Source: a virus
Direction: 5' to 3' (one strand)
Length of the DNA: 64,000 nt
Virus record (IMG/VR): IMGVR_UViG_3300031999_000005
Location: 1 to 64,000 of that record
The notes beneath the pieces are model-generated. The model saw only the letters and a list, made by a program, of their open reading frames with translations, had not been told where the DNA came from and made no database searches. The translations under genes were made by a program, and so were the position numbers. This document shows, in pieces, positions 9,789 through 19,307 of this stretch (position 1 is its first letter; the number at the start of each line of letters is the position of its first letter).

Positions 9789-10839
9789 GAAAAAGCCGAA
9801 GGGCACCGGCCACGCCGGATTGGATGAAGTCATTGCGCGGGTGGAGAAGAAGCACGGTACCGGTGCCGTGATGCAACCTGGCCGGAAGCCACTACCGAAG
9901 GTGAACTTCATCCCTTCCGCATCGCTGACATTCGACCTGACGATAGGCGGGTTTGCCCGCGGGATGATTACCGAGTTGTGGGGGCCGGAAGGATGCGGCA
10001 AGTCGAGTTTCATGTTGCAGACGATTGCTGCGGCGCAAGCGGCTGGTTTGCGTGCGCTCTTTACCGATGCCGAACAAGCCTTGAATTTCCCATACGCCAA
10101 ACAACTCGGGGTGCAGATGGAAGACCTACTGATCTGCCAGCCAAATTCCGGGGAAGAGGCCCTGGACACCCTGGAAGAGATGATCGGCTCTGGAGCCATT
10201 GACCTTGCCGTGTTTGATTCTGTGGCGGCCATTGTGCCGCAGGCCGAGTTGGATGGAGAAATAGGAGACAGCATAGTGGGCGTGGTGCCGCGGTTGATGG
10301 GCCAGTTCGTGCGCAAAGTGGTTTCTTCGGGCATCCTCCGCAAGAGCAATACTGCCTTGGTTTTCATCAACCAGATTCGGGAAAAGATTGGCATTCTTTT
10401 CGGGAACCCCGAAACGCAGCCCGGCGGTCGGGCGTTGAAGTTCACTGCCTCATTGCGAGTTGACATGCGGCGCATCGCGGCGCTGAAAGCAGGAGAAAAG
10501 ATCATCGGTGCCAGGACGAGATTCAAGGTTCCCAAGAGCCGGGTGTGTGCTCCATACGTGGACGGTGAGTTTGACTTGATCTACGGGGAAGGCGTCAACC
10601 GTGCCGGCGAGATCGTGGATCTGGGCGTGGACCTAGGCGTGGTGGAAAAGTCCGGGTCCTGGTACAGCCACGGCGGGGAACGTTTAGGTGCTGGTCGGTT
10701 CAAGGCATGTGCTATCCTGCGGGAGAACACGGAATGGGCCGAACGAATCGAAGGGGAGATCAGGGAAGCATGGACCAAGCGGGCAGAGGGCAAGACGGAA
10801 GAGGCAGCAGAAGCGGTAGGAGCAGAGGCCGAAGAATGA
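9751..10839 (+). CDS. recA: Recombinase A
   Basis: GPEGCGKS, DAEQAL, DSVAAIVPQAE, FINQIREKIG, GNPETQPGGRALKF, KSGSWYS. Confidence 0.96.
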   Translation: MGRRKTGPNLDVEKKPKGTGHAGLDEVIARVEKKHGTGAVMQPGRKPLPKVNFIPSASLTFDLTIGGFARGMITELWGPEGCGKSSFMLQTIAAAQAAGLRALFTDAEQALNFPYAKQLGVQMEDLLICQPNSGEEALDTLEEMIGSGAIDLAVFDSVAAIVPQAELDGEIGDSIVGVVPRLMGQFVRKVVSSGILRKSNTALVFINQIREKIGILFGNPETQPGGRALKFTASLRVDMRRIAALKAGEKIIGARTRFKVPKSRVCAPYVDGEFDLIYGEGVNRAGEIVDLGVDLGVVEKSGSWYSHGGERLGAGRFKACAILRENTEWAERIEGEIREAWTKRAEGKTEEAAEAVGAEAEE

Positions 10840-11417
10840 TCGCTCAGGAAAATATGGCGTTGATCGACCGTGCTCGACAGAGGGACAGCGAAGCCTTTTC
10901 CTCCCTCTGTGTGCCCTGCATCACGCGCCTGAAGTTCTTCCTGATGAGCCGTGGTGCCGAAGAACAAGATTGCGAGGATTTGATCCAGGATACTTTCCTG
11001 CGGGCTTGGCGGGGCATCAAACACTTCCGCGGGGATGCGGCGGTTTCCAGTTGGCTGACGAAGATCGCCTACAACGTATTGGTGGAAGATGCCCGCAGAA
11101 AGAAATGCCGCATCCAGGCGGTTTCCTTAGATACGCCAGAGTTCGAAAATGGGCAGACACTTTCCGGTCTACCAGATCCCGAGGTGGACATTCACGCCGA
11201 TGCCGAGAATCGGGAGTTGGTGGTGTTGATTTCCCGGTGGGTGCATCCCAAGAGATTTCGCCTTCTCTGGATGCGCTTTGCCGAAGGGATGAGCGTGAAA
11301 GATGTTATGCGGAAAACCGGGGAGAACCGGACCACCGTAAAAAGCGCGACCGTATGTGCTCGGCTGAACGCCCAGCAGGTGCTGGAACAAAAAGCCAACA
11401 TCTGCATTTGGATGTGA
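10836..11417 (+). CDS. ECF-type RNA polymerase sigma factor
   Basis: EDLIQDTFLRAW...FRGDAAVSSWLTKIAYN (region 2) plus C-terminal region-4 HTH. Confidence 0.88.
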   Translation: MIAQENMALIDRARQRDSEAFSSLCVPCITRLKFFLMSRGAEEQDCEDLIQDTFLRAWRGIKHFRGDAAVSSWLTKIAYNVLVEDARRKKCRIQAVSLDTPEFENGQTLSGLPDPEVDIHADAENRELVVLISRWVHPKRFRLLWMRFAEGMSVKDVMRKTGENRTTVKSATVCARLNAQQVLEQKANICIWM

Positions 11418-11428
11418 TAAAGTAAAAC

Positions 11429-11998
11429 ATGGAAGGAACAACACACATGCTCAAGAAAGCCACTGCTGCTACTGAAGCGGCGCACCCTTTGCTACTGGCC
11501 ACGCTTTGCCCGCAGTGTCTCAAGGAGATTGAACTACTCCCCGGCATTGAGATACCCACTTTGCAACTGGCCGACGACGGCAGATTCGCTTGCAAGAACG
11601 GCCACGCCTACGACACTCTGCCGGAAGAGGCCGCAGTCGAGGAACCTGCGATTTCTGACGAGACACCCCCGTGGGAACTACCTGACCTGGAAACTCCACC
11701 TCCAAAGGCTCCGCCCCTGGCAACGATAGCGCCAGAAGCGATTCCACCCGTGGGAGTGCCGGTTGTGGAAGTTCCTCTGCCAGAGGCCGTTGCTTTCGAG
11801 AAACCACGGGGAACATCAGCCCCCGGCGATGACGGAGCGCCGCGTGAACTTCCTGGAGGAGACGTGATTTTCACCGTTCGTGTTTCCGAAACCCACGTCA
11901 CGAATCTGCGGGCAGAAGCAGAAGTGAAAGAGATGACGCTGAAGGGCTACTTCGATGCCTGGGTCGATTATTGTCTCAGTACCGGGCTGTATTTCTGA
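11429..11998 (+). CDS. Zn-ribbon plus Pro-rich linker protein (paralog of 55246-55887)
   Basis: CPQC...CKNGH N-terminus and a short C-terminal RHH-like segment. Confidence 0.65.
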   Translation: MEGTTHMLKKATAATEAAHPLLLATLCPQCLKEIELLPGIEIPTLQLADDGRFACKNGHAYDTLPEEAAVEEPAISDETPPWELPDLETPPPKAPPLATIAPEAIPPVGVPVVEVPLPEAVAFEKPRGTSAPGDDGAPRELPGGDVIFTVRVSETHVTNLRAEAEVKEMTLKGYFDAWVDYCLSTGLYF

Positions 11999-12008
11999 GG
12001 ACCACCGG

Positions 12009-12239
12009 ATGAAACGCAGATCATTCTTTGCATTGTTACTCGGGGCCTTGGGGTTGAAGTCTGTACCGAAAGCGGAAGAGATCTGTTGGCTTTGCAAAAA
12101 GCCGGGACATCACCCGAACGTCGGCACTCTGGTGCCTATTTATCAGAATTGGCCGGTTTCGATGGGAGACCTTACCGCTTGGTGCCCAAACTTCCCGGTC
12201 AATTGGTCGGTTTACCGGCACCTAAAGCCAACGGGTTAA
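12009..12239 (+). CDS. Small protein with twin-arginine-like leader
   Basis: MKRRSFFALLLGALG after gagga SD. Confidence 0.55.
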   Translation: MKRRSFFALLLGALGLKSVPKAEEICWLCKKPGHHPNVGTLVPIYQNWPVSMGDLTAWCPNFPVNWSVYRHLKPTG

Positions 12240-12253
12240 CGGAGGTTGTGAAG

Positions 12254-12547
12254 ATGACCTTTGACGATATAGACAAGGCCATGCTGGACCGGTTCTTGCG
12301 CGAACCTGAATGGCTCGAAGAGGCAATTAGGATTGCTGGCTTGGTCGAGCACCCGGCTGCCGCACTGAACAGACTGCGCGAACAGTGCGAGTCCAGGGGC
12401 ATCGACTTTGGCGCTGCGGTGGTGAGGTCATTCAACAACAGCGAAAAGAAAATGTCGGCCTTGCGCAGCAAGGAACTGCTGAGGTTTGACGGTGGGACAA
12501 CCATCGAGGTGTCCCATCACTTTTTCTTGAGGACGTCCCGAAAGTGA
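12254..12547 (+). CDS. Hypothetical protein (paralog of 12982-13275)
   Basis: SD ggagg; shares GIDFG...SALRSKE.L.FDGG. Confidence 0.65.
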   Translation: MTFDDIDKAMLDRFLREPEWLEEAIRIAGLVEHPAAALNRLREQCESRGIDFGAAVVRSFNNSEKKMSALRSKELLRFDGGTTIEVSHHFFLRTSRK

Positions 12548-12556
12548 GGTAAAAAA

Positions 12557-12988
12557 ATGACAACGACTGGAAAGCTGCCGAAGCCTGTGGGCTTGTGCTA
12601 CTTTACGCTTGGCCCCTTCTTGCAGAATGACCGCGAGATTGTGCTGGATGACGGAACTACGTATCCTCCAACGTACAACTGGATATCAAACCTAACCGCC
12701 GTGCGCGTTAAGGACCAGCAGAGTTTTTTCGTCAAGGTCACAATTCCTGATGGTCGAAAAAACGATTTGCAATTCTTCGCGCAGGTGATTGAGAACGGGC
12801 TTTCATCTCTGGAACACTACGCAATGAAGACCCCGCTGAGTAGAAAGAAGAAAACCCGCAGGGCCATCAGCGTGAAGAAGGCGCTTGAAAATTATGGCGC
12901 TGGCATGGGTAAACTTCTATTCAAGACGCTTCCGAGATCACCTGTGCACAAGTTGATGCAGAAGATCAAAAAGGAGAAGCAATGCTGA
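12557..12988 (+). CDS. Hypothetical protein
   Basis: SD gaggt; operon-contiguous. Confidence 0.6.
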   Translation: MTTTGKLPKPVGLCYFTLGPFLQNDREIVLDDGTTYPPTYNWISNLTAVRVKDQQSFFVKVTIPDGRKNDLQFFAQVIENGLSSLEHYAMKTPLSRKKKTRRAISVKKALENYGAGMGKLLFKTLPRSPVHKLMQKIKKEKQC

Positions 12989-13275
12989 CCATGGAAGACC
13001 TGGACAGGACTTTGCTGAATGATCTGGTCTCGCGACCTGAAGCCCTGCAACACGTACTTGAACTGCTCCAGATGTCGGACGATCCTGATGCTGCGATGGT
13101 GTGCTTTGAGGCTTTGCACAAAGCCTGCAAAGAGAAAGGCATTGATTTTGGGATCGCCGTTGCCAAGTCTGTCAAGAACGTGAATGAGAAACTGTCGGCT
13201 TTGCGTAGCAAGGAACCGCTGAAGTTTGACGGTGGTAAAACCTTGCGATCTGCGATTATTTTTAGTAGCGGGTGA
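12982..13275 (+). CDS. Hypothetical protein (paralog of 12254-12547)
   Basis: SD aaggag; shared motifs. Confidence 0.65.
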   Translation: MLTMEDLDRTLLNDLVSRPEALQHVLELLQMSDDPDAAMVCFEALHKACKEKGIDFGIAVAKSVKNVNEKLSALRSKEPLKFDGGKTLRSAIIFSSG

Positions 13276-13354
13276 GGGACTCGGACCCTCCGGGGCACCC
13301 CGATCTAGGGCGGCTTCAGGTTTATAGGACCCGCCTGCACACCCGTGCTACCCG

Positions 13355-14083
13355 CTATTTGGAAGGAAAGAGACCACGTAACCAGGACCAGACCTTGGCG
13401 CCCTCACTCAACACCAGCCCACCAATCCGCACCGCAAACGAACCCGGCCGCGTGGCACGGTGAACAGCGTCCTTCAAATCAGTGCTCACCTGCACACCGT
13501 TGTCGGCAATCGTGATTCCGTCCCGGCTGATGGTTTCCAGGTGCTTGCTGCTTTCAGCGATGGCCTGCAATGCCACAGGGATGTTGGGATCGGCCAGCAC
13601 CTTCCGCAGGTCCTGAAGGGCAAGAGTGGCATTTTCGGCCAGGGGCTTCACATCCGCAGCAGTCTGTTGGATAGCCTTGGCTGAGGCATCGGAGACTTTG
13701 CCGATGTCGTTGGAAGTATTCAGCACGGATCGCGTTATGGCAGGAATCAGTGCCCCGTTGACGGCTTGGTCGGTATTCTCCACCAGTTGGGTCAATTGAG
13801 ATTCAAGCACGATCAGCTTGTCGAGCGATTCCTTGGTCTTCTGGAGGGATTCCGTGGTGGCCTTGGCTTGTACGACCGATGCCTTCTTCCATTCTTCGGT
13901 AGCTTTGCGCAGGTCTGCTGAGACTCCCCCAATGGATAACACCACGCGCCGAGTGTCGGTTAGGAGAGGGCGAAGACCTTCGGTGAGCGTCCAAGCCAGC
14001 CGAGCGATTGAAAGGCAAGTGAGAATCCCCGCGACCAAGAGCAGGTCGCGGAGGATTTCACGAAGAGATGGACGGATGTTCAC
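13355..14083 (-). CDS. Membrane-anchored coiled-coil protein in lysis cassette (spanin-like candidate)
   Basis: N-terminal TM segment, long heptad region, downstream of hydrolase and holin-like genes. Confidence 0.55.
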   Translation of the reverse strand: MNIRPSLREILRDLLLVAGILTCLSIARLAWTLTEGLRPLLTDTRRVVLSIGGVSADLRKATEEWKKASVVQAKATTESLQKTKESLDKLIVLESQLTQLVENTDQAVNGALIPAITRSVLNTSNDIGKVSDASAKAIQQTAADVKPLAENATLALQDLRKVLADPNIPVALQAIAESSKHLETISRDGITIADNGVQVSTDLKDAVHRATRPGSFAVRIGGLVLSEGAKVWSWLRGLFPSK

Positions 14084-14346
14084 TTGGGCCAGCCGACCTT
14101 ATTGAACAGGCTGACAATTCTGCTGACGATGCTCACCACGGCAGAGATGAGCGCCGACAGGCTGAGGGTTTTCTGCTGTTCAGCGTCAAGAACGCCGTAG
14201 GCATCCTCAACGATGCCTTTGACCACCGCCAGTTTTTCGCTGCCGATGCCGTTCATCGGTATGGCGTCTTCCAGTGTGCGAACCACTTGAACGATTGCCG
14301 GCAACAGACTCACGATGATGCGAAGCACATTCAAGAACGCAGTCAT
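14080..14346 (-). CDS. Holin-like small membrane protein
   Basis: 88 aa with two hydrophobic or amphipathic helices, lysis context. Confidence 0.55.
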   Translation of the reverse strand: MTAFLNVLRIIVSLLPAIVQVVRTLEDAIPMNGIGSEKLAVVKGIVEDAYGVLDAEQQKTLSLSALISAVVSIVSRIVSLFNKVGWPK

Positions 14347-14537
14347 TTTGATGTTTCCTTTCTGAAGCGGGGCGCGTAGGTACCAGCCACGAAGTCCTCC
14401 AGCGCCCGGTGGAGAACGGTGGACAGAGTGATGTGAAGCCTGTGCGCCCGGAGATGGCCGGCCCGCCGGAGGGCGGCGGTCGCACGAAATGCGCAGATTT
14501 GCTTTCTGTCTTTAGTGGGTAACGGTTTGCGGCCCAT
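14343..14537 (-). CDS. Ribbon-helix-helix-like small DNA-binding protein
   Basis: MGRKPLP...CAFRAT...TLSTVLHRALEDFV. Confidence 0.55.
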   Translation of the reverse strand: MGRKPLPTKDRKQICAFRATAALRRAGHLRAHRLHITLSTVLHRALEDFVAGTYAPRFRKETSK

Positions 14538-14708
14538 GGTCTTGGTCCCTTCTCGCCTGGCACTTGGATTATCGGATTATTGTAAAACCAGAGTCAAGGA
14601 CAATTATGCGGGCGTGGACGTATCGGTGGTGATGAACGGCACTTGGCGGTATCTGCCAGCATTATGGAATTCGCCAAGCAGGGCCATCTGGCGGGGTACA
14701 CCAATTGC

Positions 14709-15140
14709 CTAACGGAAAAACTCATGCTGTCCGATGACAGCTACGCGAGGGTGTTCTGCTGGCTTTTGAAGCACTTCGCGGTCGAACCATCCGTCCTTGT
14801 CGATATGTTTGGGGTTGCAGTACAATACTGCTCCATCAGTGATGTCCGGGTCTGAACCATCATAGATTTGATCGGCCAGCGACATGGCTGTCTCAAACGA
14901 CGGGTCGGGCGAATCCGGCCATTTGACCAACATCGGATCGCCGGGAGCGGTCAAAGATGAAAATTGCCACTTGGCCGTGATGACATGATCCCAGTCGCCC
15001 CATTTGGCATTCACCCGATTGCGGATAACGTGGCCTACGGCTCGCATTCCGGTTCTGCCCTCGCCGGAAGCTTCGCGCCATATTGTCAGCGCAAGTGCGA
15101 TTTTGTACCAGTCCTGCCATGAAAGCGGTTGATGATCCAT
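14709..15140 (-). CDS. Cell wall hydrolase, SleB/Hydrolase_2 family (endolysin)
   Basis: LALTIWREASGE...AVGHVIRNRV...QFS...DITDGAVLY...IGQHEFF. Confidence 0.9.
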   Translation of the reverse strand: MDHQPLSWQDWYKIALALTIWREASGEGRTGMRAVGHVIRNRVNAKWGDWDHVITAKWQFSSLTAPGDPMLVKWPDSPDPSFETAMSLADQIYDGSDPDITDGAVLYCNPKHIDKDGWFDREVLQKPAEHPRVAVIGQHEFFR

Positions 15141-15155
15141 GGTCTTATTTGCCTC

Positions 15156-15239
15156 CTACGGATATTTGCTTTGCCCTCTCGTCTTGCCGACATAAATCTT
15201 GTCGTTGACGATGTTCCGAATGAGGTAGATGGCCGGCAT
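15156..15239 (-). pseudogene. GIY-YIG endonuclease remnant (27 aa)
   Basis: MPAIYLIRNIVNDKIYVGKT followed by an early stop. Confidence 0.7.
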
Positions 15240-15247
15240 GGTGCGCT

Positions 15248-15466
15248 TCAGTGTCGCCAGAAGTAATACGCCAATCCGAAAATGACTCCTCCGCCACCTG
15301 CTCCTCGCCAGAACCAAGATTCCAGTCTTGTCACCCGCGCCTTCAATGCTGAAATCTCACCGGGTTGACCGTTGCCAAATAGTCGCTGATTCATTTGGGT
15401 GAGCACCGCTTCGATAACGCCTAGCCGGGTGGCAATCTCTGATTGTGACAATTCGGGTGTTGCCAT
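15248..15466 (-). CDS. Small C-terminal-TM protein (holin or hemolysin-like)
   Basis: Coiled coil LFGNGQPG...RVTRLE plus a C-terminal TM; SD ggagga. Confidence 0.6.
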   Translation of the reverse strand: MATPELSQSEIATRLGVIEAVLTQMNQRLFGNGQPGEISALKARVTRLESWFWRGAGGGGVIFGLAYYFWRH

Positions 15467-15796
15467 TACGATCCTCCGCAGTTTTTCGGCCTGCCTTTGC
15501 AAGTCGTGGTAGTCCATGTCGTCTCATCCATGGTCGTTATCTTTCGTTCTTGACTCTAGAACACAGAGATGGTACGTTGCAAGCACCTTTCGCTAAAAGG
15601 TCGTCGTCGGATAGGGGCCGGTTCCATCCCAGGGGAATCGGCCCTGTCTTTTTTTCCCTTGCTTTCAGTGAGTATCGGGCTGAGAATGTGACTGCGGGCC
15701 GGCGAGGCGGGCCAGCGTGTTGAGCGTTTCCCCCCGGATTCGACCCAGCATCCGTGCTTTGCGCCTTGACGGCCCGTTTAAGCGAAAGGGCAAGCG

Positions 15797-16135
15797 ATGC
15801 CAGCCGTAGTCGGCGAAATCTATAAACCCGAATCAGGTTACCCGACAGCCACGCAACCGGCTGGCCCTGGAACCGCTACCACCTTCGGCGGCAATCCGAA
15901 CCGTTACATTGATCCCACCTACCGACCGGAATGGCAATTGCAGCCGGAGGAAAAGCAGGGGCTATTCGCGCCGGGTTGCGGGCACGCAATCAATTTCTGG
16001 AGGATCTTCAAGGACACGGTGGGGGGGATTGCTGTCGCAGTGGTTTGTTGCCCATATTGCTTATTCGTCCAGAAGATCATCACGCCATACGAGGATGTGC
16101 TGGACACTGAAAAATTTCCTATCATCACAGGGTAG
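15797..16135 (+). CDS. Hypothetical protein
   Basis: SD gaaagg; CGH...CCPYC motif. Confidence 0.65.
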   Translation: MPAVVGEIYKPESGYPTATQPAGPGTATTFGGNPNRYIDPTYRPEWQLQPEEKQGLFAPGCGHAINFWRIFKDTVGGIAVAVVCCPYCLFVQKIITPYEDVLDTEKFPIITG

Positions 16136-16157
16136 CCGCTTGGGAGGGCGGTAGGAG

Positions 16158-16346
16158 ATGGCGAAAAAATGGATAGCTGGCGCGATTCGGCACCCTGGCG
16201 CCTTCCGCGAGGAAGCTAAACGCGCTGGCAAGGGCACGATGGAATACGCCCGTGAGAAAGCGAGTGCCGGTGGGAGAACCGGAAAGCGAGCGCGGTTGGC
16301 GCTGGCGTTGCGGGGATTGTCTCACCGCAAGAGTTCGGGCAGATAA
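16158..16346 (+). CDS. Small basic phage protein
   Basis: MAKKWIAGAIRHPGAF...RARLALAL pattern recognisable from phage head-region small proteins. Confidence 0.65.
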   Translation: MAKKWIAGAIRHPGAFREEAKRAGKGTMEYAREKASAGGRTGKRARLALALRGLSHRKSSGR

Positions 16347-16855
16347 CATCCAAATGCGGATGCTGCAAACAGCGGAGATTGCCGAACCCCCGAAGCGGCC
16401 TCACAAGCCCCGCGTTGGATTCGCTCCCCGCATCAACAAGTCTTGCCAGGATGGCCGGCACAGCAGGTGCTTGTCGCTTCATTGTACTTGCGAATGCCAC
16501 ACCCAATGGGCCAGGGCCATCGGGGTCTCAGCCCCCCCATCTTCTCCTTGCTGAGGCCCCCAGGGGCGCGTGTCGCAACCCACGCGCCCCCTGCCTTTAA
16601 AGTTTTACAAGAAAAGACTTGACATCCATTCTCCCGGTGCGATAGAACAGGGAAGCAGAGCAACACAGCCAACCAAACAAAGAAGGCCGCCCAGCCCAAC
16701 GAGTTGAGCGGCCTTTGATTTTTGTGCGGGCGGTAGACGTGATTTTTATTTCCGTTTTACGTTTTTTCCTCTTGACAAGAACTTTTCCATGGTGTAAAAC
16801 AGCAAGACATGCTTTTCTTGGACGACGACCGACGATTAGTGAAAGGAGTGTGCTG

Positions 16856-17620
16856 ATGGCGGATCAAGACTTTTGCCCCTTCGATACTATTGCTCCCTCG
16901 GTTCTCCTTGCCGAAGTGCAGCAGGTTTTCATCCCTCAAGCAGTTCCCCCGCAGGTGGGTACGGAACTCGAAAAAATCGCTCCAACCTGGGCGCAAACGG
17001 CGCTGGCCATGCCAGCGCGGATCACCACCGAAACCGAATACCTGAAGGTCGTGGACCTCGTAAAGCAGGGTCGGCAGTTGGAGCGCGATATCGAAGAACA
17101 TCACGACCCGATCATCAAATCCGCCCACCACACCCACAAGGTGGCGTGTGAACAAAAACAAAAACTACTGGGGCCGGTTGCCAGGGCCGTGCTGTTTCTC
17201 AAAGGCTTGATCGGCACATGGGATGTCGAACAAGAACAGAAGCGCCGGAAAGAGCAGCAGCGATTGCAAGCGGAGGCCGACCGGCTGGCGCTGGAAGATC
17301 GTCAGCGGCAGATTGAGGAAGCGAAGGCTGCTGGCCAGAAGAAAGAGGCCCGCGAACTGGCGAAGGCGCCGGTGATGGTTGTGCCGGTTGCGGCGCCCCC
17401 GCCAGCGGCGAAGGCTGCGGGGGTGTCCGTCTCGCGGCCATGGAAGGCGCGGGTGGTGAACATCAAGGCGCTGTGCCAGGCAATCGGGGAAGGCAAGGTT
17501 CCTGAGCATTACGTCGAGGCGAACTTGTCGGCCCTAAACTCGGAGGCCAAGGCAAAACAGGCACGGCTGGCCATTCCGGGCGTTGAGGCGTACCAAGATG
17601 TCGGTGTGTCAGTGAGGTGA
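16856..17620 (+). CDS. Coiled-coil phage protein
   Basis: SD aaaggag; long helical body, C-terminal WKARVV...IPGVEAY; TTGACA promoter-like elements at 16619 and 16772. Confidence 0.7.
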   Translation: MADQDFCPFDTIAPSVLLAEVQQVFIPQAVPPQVGTELEKIAPTWAQTALAMPARITTETEYLKVVDLVKQGRQLERDIEEHHDPIIKSAHHTHKVACEQKQKLLGPVARAVLFLKGLIGTWDVEQEQKRRKEQQRLQAEADRLALEDRQRQIEEAKAAGQKKEARELAKAPVMVVPVAAPPPAAKAAGVSVSRPWKARVVNIKALCQAIGEGKVPEHYVEANLSALNSEAKAKQARLAIPGVEAYQDVGVSVR

Positions 17621-17652
17621 ATTGTGAAAGTGGGAACGGAGGAAAAGAAACC

Positions 17653-18249
17653 ATGAAGAGATTTATCGGCTATATCATGCTGGTCTTGGTGCCGGTAGTG
17701 GTCTTTTGGTCACTGGACTGCATTGTCAATCGTCACCTGTATGCCCAGACTGTGACGCAAGACCTTATCTCCGGTCGATTCGACGGTATCTGCCCGATCT
17801 GCAAAAAGGGAGCCAAGACATCGACGGTTCAGGTTGGATACAGCACCGGAACGTTGCTGGCCAACATGCCCTACTATGACGAGAAAGGGGTGTTGCGGGG
17901 CACCGAAGACCCCAATACGTACACCACTCACTATCGTTGCAGTCGTGGCCATGAGTTTCTGCAAACCTGCGGAGGCTCGAAGTGCTGGGTAACAATCACC
18001 AAAACGACTGAGGATGCGCCGATTGCTAGGTCTGAGGAAGTGAACATTTCTGGAACGGCCACCATCTCATCTGGAGTGAGCTTCGCATCTACAGGGACAT
18101 TGGGCCATCAGGTATTTTCGTACCGATGCCCTGAACCCGAAAAGTACCAGTTTGAGTGTCTGGTCAAGTTGATGGTCGAACTAGATAATCTAAAAGATTC
18201 CCACGTCAAGCGCGTATTCAAAAAGTACGACGTGCGGGTCGGGAAGTAG
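17653..18249 (+). CDS. Signal-anchored protein with Cys/His cluster
   Basis: N-terminal TM; CPIC...DPN...YRCSRGH. Confidence 0.6.
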   Translation: MKRFIGYIMLVLVPVVVFWSLDCIVNRHLYAQTVTQDLISGRFDGICPICKKGAKTSTVQVGYSTGTLLANMPYYDEKGVLRGTEDPNTYTTHYRCSRGHEFLQTCGGSKCWVTITKTTEDAPIARSEEVNISGTATISSGVSFASTGTLGHQVFSYRCPEPEKYQFECLVKLMVELDNLKDSHVKRVFKKYDVRVGK

Positions 18250-18267
18250 CGTAAGAAAGGAGACGCA

Positions 18268-18486
18268 ATGGTGAAATACCAAGTGAGATTTCAGGACAAC
18301 GAAAAGGCGGTAATAAAGGAAGTCGAAATCGAGGCCGCCGCCTACCTTGTGGAGAACGGTGACTTGACCTTTTTCTCCACGGTGGAAGGAACCACCTACA
18401 GCAACCGAGTGGCCAGCTTCAGAACGTGGGAATCGGTGTTCGCCAGCACTGTGGTTGTTCGTGGTGAGCCGCGAAAGAGAAAGTAG
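18268..18486 (+). CDS. Hypothetical protein
   Basis: SD aaaggag. Confidence 0.65.
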   Translation: MVKYQVRFQDNEKAVIKEVEIEAAAYLVENGDLTFFSTVEGTTYSNRVASFRTWESVFASTVVVRGEPRKRK

Positions 18487-18492
18487 GTCGGC

Positions 18493-18602
18493 ACCACCAA
18501 GACATCCGGGTGAGGAGCCGCCGTATAGTCACTCGGCTGAAATCGCCTGCGGTCGGCCGGTGGATTCTCCCAGGCGGCTTCTCACTGGAATGTCTTGGTG
18601 GT
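18493..18602 (+). other. Long imperfect hairpin (30-nt arms), intergenic
   Basis: Arms 18493-18522 and 18573-18602 pair with G-U wobbles on the + strand. Confidence 0.7.
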
Positions 18603-18632
18603 AGCGGCTAATGACACTGAACGGAGGAACCC

Positions 18633-18860
18633 ATGTGCGATTCTGCTCTTTGCGTCCGTGATCGAGAAAGGGATGCCCTCGTTGAACGCGGTCAGCCGGA
18701 AGAACTGAGGAAACTCATCACAGAATTGCGAAACGATGAGTGCTGCATGGGTGAGGAATTGTCGGTCTATAAGGCCATCATGGATGGTTCCTGGCCGTCG
18801 GCGATGAAGCAATTGACCGAAGCGCTGGAAAGAGCGAAAGCTAAAAATCCGGCGGCGTAG
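18633..18860 (+). CDS. Hypothetical protein between two hairpins
   Basis: SD ggagga. Confidence 0.6.
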   Translation: MCDSALCVRDRERDALVERGQPEELRKLITELRNDECCMGEELSVYKAIMDGSWPSAMKQLTEALERAKAKNPAA

Positions 18861-18874
18861 GATAAATGTTCAAA

Positions 18875-18979
18875 AGGCCACTCCGCACGTGGCCGGCTTT
18901 CAGGGCTTGTCTTCCCACCGCCTTCCAAGCAACGGGCAAGCCACGGTGCGCGAATAGCCGGCCACGTGCGGAGTGGCCT
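18875..18979. repeat. Perfect 24-bp inverted repeat, intergenic
   Basis: AGGCCACTCCGCACGTGGCCGGCT 18875-18898 and its reverse complement 18956-18979. Confidence 0.9.
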
Positions 18980-18998
18980 ACAAAAAGGGGGGTGAGGT

Positions 18999-19307
18999 AT
19001 GAAATCACTTTGCGTAAAGTGCAACGTTGAACTCCAAGTGAAAACGAACGATGTGACCGTGATCCGCATGCACACCAATCCGCCGACCCCGTGGCAGGTG
19101 TGGAACGCTGATTTACTGGCCTGCCCGAAGTGTGGCGTGGAGATCGTCACTGGGTTTGGTACAGGGCCGTTTGTCGAGTTGGGCGAGATGAACTTTCCCA
19201 ACGCTTTGGAGCAAGTCCAAAGCCGATTGCACATCCGCAGTTATGAATCTATCGAGGATGCCGACCGGCTGCGGGACAAGCCCCTGGATTTTAACGAGGT
19301 TACATGA
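18999..19307 (+). CDS. Zn-ribbon hypothetical protein
   Basis: CVKC...ADLLACPKCG; SD present. Confidence 0.6.
   Translation: MKSLCVKCNVELQVKTNDVTVIRMHTNPPTPWQVWNADLLACPKCGVEIVTGFGTGPFVELGEMNFPNALEQVQSRLHIRSYESIEDADRLRDKPLDFNEVT

Noticed and set aside
9492-10535. 347-aa antisense ORF opposite recA, and similar long antisense ORFs elsewhere
   Set aside because: Typical shadow frames of GC-rich coding sequence.
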